A DNA stretch of 64,000 nucleotides. Source: a virus. A program made the translations under genes and the position numbers. Each line of letters opens with the position of its first letter. The stretch's first letter is position 1. This document shows, in pieces, positions 50,701 through 56,552 of the stretch. The notes under the pieces are model-generated. The model worked only from the letters and a program-made list of their open reading frames with translations. It was not told where the DNA came from and searched no databases. The stretch lies in IMG/VR virus record IMGVR_UViG_3300042346_000188, positions 1 to 64,000 of that record; one strand, given 5' to 3'.

Positions 50701-51396
50701 ATAAATAGCTCTGGAAGCTACACAACTACAGTTAGTAGCGGTACAGCCAAGCCTTTAAAAATAGATATTAATTCCTCTATTGAGAGCAACACAACACTAA
50801 CTTTTAATAATAGCGGTACCATTCAAGGCGAAACTCTTTCAACAGCAAGAGTATTTAATAAACCTGAAAATGCTTTTGATATTTATTGCGCTTGTAAGCT
50901 TGTAATAAACAATAATGGCACAATAAGAGGTAGAGGTGGCAGTGGTGGCAGAGGTGGTTCTTCAATTAATCGTGGCGATTATGATGGCGAAGCTGGCGGT
51001 CCAGGCGGAGATGCTATTTATGCTTCTACAAATTTAACTCTTAATAATTATGGGACGCTTGCTTGTGGCGGTGGAGGAGGCGGTGGAGGTGGAGGTAATG
51101 GTTCTGGTGCCAGTACTTGGAGTAGCTCTACATATGCCAGAAGCACTACATATCCTACTCCGTCAGGCTCTGATGTAGGTACTAATGGCACTTCAGGCAA
51201 GGCAAGCGGTGGCGGTGGTGGAGCAGGTGGTACTGGCGCAAACGGAGCTGCGGGCACTGGTGTGTACGGTACTTACTCTCGTCAAGGTGATAATAGCGGT
51301 ATATATGCGTCAGGCGGTGCTGGAGGTGCCAAGGGTTCTGCACTTACGGGTGGAGGTAGCGTAACACTTAACAACTACGGGACATATTACCCATGA
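47761..51396 (+). CDS. Glycine-rich adhesin-like protein with FN3 repeats
   Basis: Two NNGTI.G.GG polyglycine modules separated by FN3-like domains; directly after the chaperone-bearing fibre. Confidence 0.65.
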   Translation: MPYSISDVNVDLGRTTTATTSLNEPVVRDLLLADPYPAPVNLYPDLSPENNTPPVLSVNTITQNSCIFTWTGGETYGTYQLRGRWKDKDGYWVNIAAGNTLTKGAVFNFGYSGDLRNTMYGYYEVFIVIRFNGIDYLPSNTVNVQLLDWSFEDGFYPATPYGVGSTADANYPNHSVTYRYDIRWFRLALRLKGVADSELGGSAPATYTNFSMSIHRNVTIYDSNNYNGNVVMTVLAGNNNYLWEAPKLIIGIDVGSDHDFTFVYSGIANVDPSDYVLGHYETDTTYQPGDVVCMYSNLVMCIKTCTNIEPFNHASWSYYWDYPPTNPGRAIAFWNTHYARNSTFINNGTILGGGGGGGRGGETTITELYYNPSAFINQKYLKGDAVTHSGNIFVCVTDTVSAYFNGTFTWSTPVRSSHTTYWRFYALSTEKFSTGSDGLQGGPALYQGSGISGGVKLMNNGTIFGGGNGGGGGGGGTVPMSYAVVYGFNGEGTFSSTPVSPAGGDGGHGSFYNRAEVNPSVDFKYKGGMGGKGSINGLTAGENATGANHDYSGDGLGGGYIANNWTEGSFNVLPGGKPLPPVLSIAAVSQNSITLGIAKQDPIGGNTPTGYYIYDSANVQQGSTTNDTFTIAGLTSDTSYSYYVTAYNTLVSASSSTIIGKTALILPTFTFGVDNKTYNSFTVIISKVTSAIYYEIYFNGVLRTTINDSGNSTTVYATGPTMGISSTTYVTVKAYSGTNSSVLTPPQAWTTTYAAVPAVPTSFTYAETNNTNALLSWSGSGVSYKIAVKNQSNNAVTNYTSSIMNITATGLDYGTLYEISIVAVNEIGDSIAYVIPNVMLVDVYLPTLTLSSVTTKTFNVSFGGPMTGHTHTLMLQSMEYSGGWETEIIGAYASGSAFTPPNRSRGKYRLRIQVANSGGKVMATPYLDVQLSDWVISSSTTTNTPQNMSNGWYFNDAWIRNNTTALAASNPESTCLRSVTINSSGSYTTTVSSGTAKPLKIDINSSIESNTTLTFNNSGTIQGETLSTARVFNKPENAFDIYCACKLVINNNGTIRGRGGSGGRGGSSINRGDYDGEAGGPGGDAIYASTNLTLNNYGTLACGGGGGGGGGGNGSGASTWSSSTYARSTTYPTPSGSDVGTNGTSGKASGGGGGAGGTGANGAAGTGVYGTYSRQGDNSGIYASGGAGGAKGSALTGGGSVTLNNYGTYYP

Positions 51397-51836
51397 TAGT
51401 ACGTAAGATAAAAAGCCAAGAAGAAATGGACAAATGCGTAGATATGTATATTAACATCTACGAAAATGAAATTATCCCATTAGATCGCGACAAGTCATTA
51501 TTATCTATGAGACGTCACGTTGCTGCAAGGCAATTCTTTAGAGTTGTTGAAGATGATGGAGAAGTAATAGCATGGATTGCTGGAGCAGTTTTAGAGAGAG
51601 AGTTTATTGCAGAGAAATACATGCAACAAATATATTACTGCTCTAATCAAAAGGGTATGAAGTCTTACCGTTGTGTAGTATTGTTACATCAAGCTTTAGT
51701 AGAAGAAGCTAAGGCGTTAGGTATTAAATATGTACTTTCTACAGGCAGTCATGCCGATACTGAGAATGTGTTTGTAAGGATTCTTGGTAAGAATGGTTGG
51801 AATGTAAGAGGGTACCTAGCAATTTTTCATTTATAA
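51393..51836 (+). CDS. GNAT-fold acetyltransferase-like protein
   Basis: VVEDDGEVIAW...LVEEAKALG...LGKNGW pattern. Confidence 0.55.
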   Translation: MIVRKIKSQEEMDKCVDMYINIYENEIIPLDRDKSLLSMRRHVAARQFFRVVEDDGEVIAWIAGAVLEREFIAEKYMQQIYYCSNQKGMKSYRCVVLLHQALVEEAKALGIKYVLSTGSHADTENVFVRILGKNGWNVRGYLAIFHL

Positions 51837-51845
51837 GGATTAAGC

Positions 51846-52511
51846 ATGGCCAAAAGAGTTAGGAAGGAACAGCCTACAGATGTTATTGATGCAGTCAAAC
51901 CAATAACACTCTTGACTAAAGCACAGAAACAGTATTTCAATTCAATGAAAACGAATACTATTACTTTTGGGATTGGCGTTGCGGGGACGGGAAAGTCTTA
52001 CGTTGCAATCTCCTATGCTGCACAATTGTTACAAGAGAAGAAGATAAACAAGATTATCTTAACAAGGCCAGCTGTTGAGGCTGGAGAATCGTTTGGATTT
52101 CTTCCTGGAGAGTTAGATGAAAAGTATGCGCCTTATATTGATCCTGTAAAAGATATACTTAATAAAAGATTAGGTACATCTTTCACTGATTACTTGTTTA
52201 AACGAAAGATTATTGAAGCGCGGCCACTAGCATTTATTAGGGGAAGTACTTTTGAAGAAGCTTTTGTAATACTAGATGAGGCTCAAAACTGTACACCTAC
52301 TCAGATGAAAATGTTTCTAACTAGAATTGGCGAAGATGCAAAAGTTGTTATAGATGGGGATATCCAACAAAAGGATATCAAAGGCACATCAGGATTGTCT
52401 GATGCAATTGTAAGATTGCAAGGGATGAACGATGTGGGTATTGTTACATTTGACATTGAAGATGTTGTCCGTAGCGGCATCTGTAAAGAAATTATTAGGA
52501 GGTATGCATGA
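51846..52511 (+). CDS. phoH: PhoH-like ATPase
   Basis: GVAGTGKS Walker A, LTRPAVEAGE, GFLPG, RGSTF, DEAQN and GDIQQ. Confidence 0.95.
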   Translation: MAKRVRKEQPTDVIDAVKPITLLTKAQKQYFNSMKTNTITFGIGVAGTGKSYVAISYAAQLLQEKKINKIILTRPAVEAGESFGFLPGELDEKYAPYIDPVKDILNKRLGTSFTDYLFKRKIIEARPLAFIRGSTFEEAFVILDEAQNCTPTQMKMFLTRIGEDAKVVIDGDIQQKDIKGTSGLSDAIVRLQGMNDVGIVTFDIEDVVRSGICKEIIRRYA

Positions 52512-52690
52512 AGTATATATGGGCAAGGCTTAAAGAGCCTTCAACATGGTTTGGACTGATTTCAGCTACATTAGCTGTATTAAGTTCGTTTAAATTTATT
52601 ACATTAACAGCAGAAGAAATGGATAGTCTGCTTGCGTTGTCAGTTGCTCTTTTGGGCAGTGGTAGCGTAGTATCCAAAGATCCACAATAG
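52508..52690 (+). CDS. Putative holin (two TM segments)
   Basis: RLKEPSTWFG followed by hydrophobic helices; 60 aa. Confidence 0.6.
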   Translation: MKYIWARLKEPSTWFGLISATLAVLSSFKFITLTAEEMDSLLALSVALLGSGSVVSKDPQ

Positions 52691-52696
52691 CGGTAC

Positions 52697-52724
52697 GCCT
52701 CGACACAATTGTCGGGGCTTTTTT
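52697..52724 (+). terminator. Rho-independent terminator ending the late region
   Basis: GCCTCGACA-CAAT-TGTCGGGGC then TTTTTT. Confidence 0.85.
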
Positions 52725-52930
52725 ACGAGAGTCATGGGGGCAATTTTGCGGGGCAAGACGGGGCATTTCTGCACGAATTTTGGTGGGCGGCAAATCTGGG
52801 CCTGTGTGGCGCGGGGCGGTGGGGGCATCACTGGTGGATCAGGGTGGCAGTTGCGTGCCGTGTAGGGCAGTTTCTGGTGCCAGAACGGGTACACGTGGGG
52901 CAGTTGCGTGCAGTTCTTCAGGTACACTCA
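52725..52930. repeat. GC-rich, G-skewed non-coding tract with GGGCA/GGCAGTT repeats
   Basis: Repeated GGGGCA and two copies of GGCAGTTGCGTGC in an otherwise AT-rich genome. Confidence 0.65.
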
Positions 52931-52949
52931 ACCCCGTTAAATTAACCCT
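52931..52949 (+). promoter_or_regulatory. Class A repeat, copy 3
   Basis: Exact ACCCCGTTAAATTAACCCT. Confidence 0.75.
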
Positions 52950-52984
52950 TGCGGCCTCCCCCTGTATTATCTCTCTTAGTAATA

Positions 52985-53017
52985 CGGAAATAATAGTATC
53001 TTATATGAAGTACAATA
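52985..53017 (+). promoter_or_regulatory. Class B repeat CGGRAA-N5-GTATCTTATATGAAGTACAATA, copy 1 (putative early promoter)
   Basis: Exact 22-mer at 52996..53017; CGG starts 11 nt upstream in all three copies. Confidence 0.75.
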
Positions 53018-53040
53018 ATAACCTTATATAGGATAACATT

Positions 53041-53871
53041 ATGTTTATTACAAGAAAAATGGTATTAAAAGATTTTGCAGTTAATCGTAAGAAAGCTACA
53101 AAGAAATATGGCAAGCATGAGTTGCCTCAAATTGACTATTCAAGTGATGCTCTGTCTTACAACATAAAAACTGTTTTGGCAACTTATCTTCAAGCCGGTA
53201 GTATGGCCTATGCACAGTTGAAACTCCACTCCGAAGCTGCAATTTCTTTGTGGGAACCTACTAAAAGGATATTTAAGATAGATCCTACAGTGTCTGCTGA
53301 ATTGTGTAATTCAGCTGTTAGCGCTAGGGTGCCTGTAGATATTATAAGACTTCCTGATTGGTCTATAAGAGTTGATTGCCCTGAGATGCAACTAATGGCC
53401 TGTAAGTTGCGAGTACATGCCAATGGTGATATAGAAGATATGTTAGTAATAGTCATTGATGAAGAAAAAGAGCAAGTTGCAAAGGCTCTACGCCTAAATG
53501 AACCCTGGTGCGCTGATGAAGACACTGAAGAGGCTAAAGCTTACATTGGAAAGGCACTTTCTCTTTTATTATATTTGAGCACAGTGCATAATAGCGTTCC
53601 AAGATCTGCTTATAAAAAGTATACGGCTCTTAGTAAGAAAAATCAAACCAAACCTTTTATCTATCCTGAAAAAGCTTCTATAGTAAAGATAGGAGAAGAG
53701 CTTGGAAAAATGCTTCAAACAGCTTATACAAAGCAAGCAGGCTACAGTATGAAAGCGCACATAAGAAGAGCGCATTGGCATAACTATTGGACAGGTCCGA
53801 AAGATAATAGGAAGCTAATATGTAAGTGGACAAACTCCACAGGTGTTAATATGAATTTAGCCGATGTATAA
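53041..53871 (+). CDS. Early hypothetical protein with C-terminal HxRRxHW motif
   Basis: HIRRAHWHNYWTG; first gene after the class B repeat. Confidence 0.65.
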   Translation: MFITRKMVLKDFAVNRKKATKKYGKHELPQIDYSSDALSYNIKTVLATYLQAGSMAYAQLKLHSEAAISLWEPTKRIFKIDPTVSAELCNSAVSARVPVDIIRLPDWSIRVDCPEMQLMACKLRVHANGDIEDMLVIVIDEEKEQVAKALRLNEPWCADEDTEEAKAYIGKALSLLLYLSTVHNSVPRSAYKKYTALSKKNQTKPFIYPEKASIVKIGEELGKMLQTAYTKQAGYSMKAHIRRAHWHNYWTGPKDNRKLICKWTNSTGVNMNLADV

Positions 53872-53873
53872 CG

Positions 53874-53906
53874 CGGGAAATACGGTATCTTATATGAAGT
53901 ACAATA
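53874..53906 (+). promoter_or_regulatory. Class B repeat, copy 2
   Basis: Exact 22-mer at 53885..53906. Confidence 0.75.
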
Positions 53907-53923
53907 CTAACTTGGAGATTAAA

Positions 53924-54133
53924 ATGAAATACGAAGTGTTTATATTTGAACGTAATGCCGACAGTTATCATGATAGAGCAAATTTATTAAAAGCTTATAG
54001 AAGTTTTGAAGAATATGAGGATAAGATGGTGTTTGTTGTTGATACCGAAACAGGTGCCTTTGAGGTTATCTGTAATAAAGAGCAACTAAGTCTAGCAGCT
54101 GCAAAATTATTGTATATGGGGGAATTAAGATGA
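53924..54133 (+). CDS. Early hypothetical protein (start revised)
   Basis: GGAG RBS before ATG 53924; the ORF-track start runs through the promoter repeat. Confidence 0.6.
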   Translation: MKYEVFIFERNADSYHDRANLLKAYRSFEEYEDKMVFVVDTETGAFEVICNKEQLSLAAAKLLYMGELR

Positions 54134-54429
54134 GCACAGTAATGTTTATGATTGACGCGGTTTTAGATATACGCGTTAGAACCCATTCAGTATTTGAATA
54201 TGTACTATTCGAAGCTGAGTGTTACGATGAGTGTATTACTCTCCTAGACAGCGCTGATGCACGTCTTAGAGTTGGTAATAATTACTCATATTCTTGGAAC
54301 CATACCCATTGGGATGGACAAAGATTAGAGTCATTTATTACACTTTTAGATTTACTTGATGATGATAAGTACAAATTAAACGTCCTTACAGAGGGCCATC
54401 TTTTTCAACAAGGGGTATTAGTATTATGA
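54130..54429 (+). CDS. Early hypothetical protein
   Basis: ATGA-coupled ORF. Confidence 0.6.
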   Translation: MSTVMFMIDAVLDIRVRTHSVFEYVLFEAECYDECITLLDSADARLRVGNNYSYSWNHTHWDGQRLESFITLLDLLDDDKYKLNVLTEGHLFQQGVLVL

Positions 54430-54584
54430 GTGAATGGTATAGCTTTATCGAAGCAATGTTACTGGTTGGTTTTTATTTTGTTTATGTAGCTTACAATGTA
54501 TTTGCAGAAGACTGCAAAGATAGACGTAAGTATTGCAAGGTACGTCGTTGGGCACGGCATGCTCTGCAAAAGGACTACAAATAA
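54426..54584 (+). CDS. Small membrane protein (52 aa)
   Basis: MSEWYSFIEAMLLVGFYFVYVAY... with basic tail; ATGA-coupled. Confidence 0.5.
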   Translation: MSEWYSFIEAMLLVGFYFVYVAYNVFAEDCKDRRKYCKVRRWARHALQKDYK

Positions 54585-54587
54585 ACG

Positions 54588-54620
54588 CGGAAAACGGGGT
54601 ATCTTATATGAAGTACAATA
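54588..54620 (+). promoter_or_regulatory. Class B repeat, copy 3
   Basis: Exact 22-mer at 54599..54620. Confidence 0.75.
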
Positions 54621-54658
54621 AGGTACCTCAATTCAATTAATCCAAGAGGAGAAAAATT

Positions 54659-54889
54659 ATGTTTAGTTTACTTGATTCACAATGTGCTTGTGTAGGTAGC
54701 AGTTATGATATATTCACGGAAGAATATTTTGAAGCACTATACCATATCGAGTATGGCGACGGAAAAGAGTCTCACGCCTTCTTGGATCATCATTTGAAGG
54801 GTAAACAAAAATCTGAACCAGCGTCTGAGTTCAAAGACGTAAAAACAATACAGATTCCATTTGAGGAGGAGTTTGAAGGCTATTGGTAA
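54659..54889 (+). CDS. Early hypothetical acidic protein
   Basis: GAGGAG RBS. Confidence 0.6.
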   Translation: MFSLLDSQCACVGSSYDIFTEEYFEALYHIEYGDGKESHAFLDHHLKGKQKSEPASEFKDVKTIQIPFEEEFEGYW

Positions 54890-54896
54890 CAGCCGC

Positions 54897-54926
54897 ATAG
54901 ACCTGAGTAGGTCTATAAAGTGCTTA
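54897..54926 (+). ncRNA. Candidate H-type pseudoknot, copy 1
   Basis: ATAGAC/GTCTAT stem 1 and TGAGTA/TGCTTA stem 2; same architecture at 59283. Confidence 0.45.
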
Positions 54927-54978
54927 TGTGTATAAGGATGTGTATCCTATACTGATGAGACTATAAAGTCGAAACAAC
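54927..54978 (+). ncRNA. Hammerhead ribozyme type III, copy 1
   Basis: GUA site, stem I, CUGAUGA, stem II GACU-AUAA-AGUC, GAAAC; stem III is short. Confidence 0.75.
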
Positions 54979-54996
54979 TCCAAGAGGAAATTTACA

Positions 54997-55281
54997 ATGA
55001 AAAACAAATTAGATAAACTAGCTTTAATTGGTGTCCTAAACACTTTCTGGGTGTTTGAACGCAACGGGATGGGCGGTGTACCCTCCTTTGATTTCACTAA
55101 TAAAAAAGCTGGAGTTAATGTCTGGCACATCGAGGGCGACAAAGTAGGCATAATGTTACTTGAAACAAAGGAGGTATTTGAAACTAACCTAGAATGGGAT
55201 GAGATTTCCGAATCCTATGGGCTTGGAGATTGGGATATTCCAAGATTAAATTCTCTAATTAACTTAACTGAAGGTGATTAA
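54997..55281 (+). CDS. Early hypothetical protein
   Basis: GAGGA RBS just downstream of hammerhead 1. Confidence 0.6.
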   Translation: MKNKLDKLALIGVLNTFWVFERNGMGGVPSFDFTNKKAGVNVWHIEGDKVGIMLLETKEVFETNLEWDEISESYGLGDWDIPRLNSLINLTEGD

Positions 55282-55282
55282 A

Positions 55283-55468
55283 ATGGAAGGTACAATTTTT
55301 GAAATTGGTGGTTATGAGTTTTACATAGCTTGGAATGAAAAGATGACAATCTACAAAGTATGGTATGATCGCGGCCATTACCTTGATAGACGCGCTCCAA
55401 GGTTTGAATGCACTTCTTATGAGGAATCTGTGGCATTCTGTAAACTCAAATACGCTTACTGTGGGTAA
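55283..55468 (+). CDS. Early hypothetical protein
   Basis: AGGTGA RBS; start 55283 or 55274. Confidence 0.5.
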   Translation: MEGTIFEIGGYEFYIAWNEKMTIYKVWYDRGHYLDRRAPRFECTSYEESVAFCKLKYAYCG

Positions 55469-55522
55469 GTGTCTCGGGATGTGTATCCCAACTGACGAGT
55501 CTAAAAAGACGAAACACACTTA
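55466..55522 (+). ncRNA. Hammerhead ribozyme type III, copy 2
   Basis: GUC site, stem I GGGAU-GUGU-AUCCC, CUGACGA, stem II GUCU-AAAA-AGAC, GAAAC, stem III. Confidence 0.88.
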
Positions 55523-55533
55523 GGAGTTATATT

Positions 55534-55710
55534 ATGTTTACTATTGAAATCAATGATGTAGAAATTGAAATGAAAGAAACAGGAATGGGTATTTGGGAAG
55601 GTTCTAAAGAATTTTATCAAGTAGTATTTGATGAATTTCTTCAAGAATTGTTTGTAGCAGCAATGCTAGGCAATCGTATTGTTAAGTGTGAGAGTCAATT
55701 CTTATGCTAA
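55534..55710 (+). CDS. Early hypothetical protein (58 aa, not in ORF track)
   Basis: AGGAG RBS directly after hammerhead 2; MFTIEINDVE...SQFLC*. Confidence 0.6.
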   Translation: MFTIEINDVEIEMKETGMGIWEGSKEFYQVVFDEFLQELFVAAMLGNRIVKCESQFLC

Positions 55711-55828
55711 AACATACAGTTTATGGTATTGGAAATACCGTAATGTCTTCAATAGATATGAGTGCAGATGTAATTACAATTGGGCTAGCATTAGCTCTAC
55801 TTTTAATGTTTACAAAATAGGTGATATT

Positions 55829-56248
55829 ATGTTTCCTTTAATTGCTTTAGGTGTTACAGCTTTAGGTGGATTTGGTTATACTAAAACAAATTCTTACAAA
55901 AGAAAAGTAGAACGTCATGCAAGACGTGCTGCTGAGAAAGCAACAAAAATTGCGAAAACCCAACTAGAGGCTGAAGCCTTGCATGACCTGATGGTAGAAG
56001 ATATGGCTAAGTCAGACTCTGCTAATCTTGAAGGTCGATTCTGTGTTAACGAGAAAGATAAGGAGTTAAAATATGTACGCTCAATACGAACATTAAAGCT
56101 GGATAATTTACAAATACTTTCGTATGAGAAAGATGATACGGAAGTAGCAGTTGTTGATACAAAGGGTTCGGTCGTCCCCTTCTATTTGAAAAAGAACGAT
56201 GCGCTTCTACTACAAGAAATTTTAGACAAACGGTTTCCAACACCGTAA
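55829..56248 (+). CDS. Membrane-anchored hypothetical protein (start revised)
   Basis: AGGTGA RBS; N-terminal MFPLIALGVTALGGFG. Confidence 0.55.
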   Translation: MFPLIALGVTALGGFGYTKTNSYKRKVERHARRAAEKATKIAKTQLEAEALHDLMVEDMAKSDSANLEGRFCVNEKDKELKYVRSIRTLKLDNLQILSYEKDDTEVAVVDTKGSVVPFYLKKNDALLLQEILDKRFPTP

Positions 56249-56483
56249 GTTGGAGAGTATTGTAGTCATATCTAAGGATTACAATGGCATTTCTACAATA
56301 CTCGGTTACAATTCTGTTAATGTTTGCTTTATTAGGCATCTCGCTTGTTAGTTTTACTGTAGGTACATGTATTCACCTACACAGAACAGGAGTAAGAAAA
56401 TGCCGTTAATTTATTTAGCAGTTGTTGTATTAGTTGCAAAAGTTATGGACTCCGTTATTAACGAAGACAAGTAACAAAAACAC

Positions 56484-56531
56484 ACCCCTTTCAGATTCGA
56501 TTCCTTAACAGGTTTCGGGTTTGAGAGGGGT
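56484..56531 (+). other. Long imperfect hairpin upstream of the RNAP gene (terminator or processing site)
   Basis: CCCCTTTCAGATTCGA pairs with TCGGGTTTGAGAGGGG using G-U pairs; pyrimidine tract follows. Confidence 0.55.
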
Positions 56532-56552
56532 TCCTCCTTTATTTTTTCCATT

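Noticed and set aside
34600-51396. Diversity-generating retroelement or invertible tail-fibre cassette
   Set aside because: No reverse transcriptase or invertase in the window, and I saw no adenine-variable repeat pair; the repeats are diverged protein-level repeats.
52599-53031. Overlapping ORFs in the GC-rich tract (52599-, 52640-, 52709+, 52780+)
   Set aside because: No RBS, atypical composition, and they overlap a terminator and promoter repeats; likely a by-product of high GC.
52996-54620. Class B repeats as a CRISPR array
   Set aside because: Copies are 700-900 bp apart, separated by genes, and no cas genes are present.
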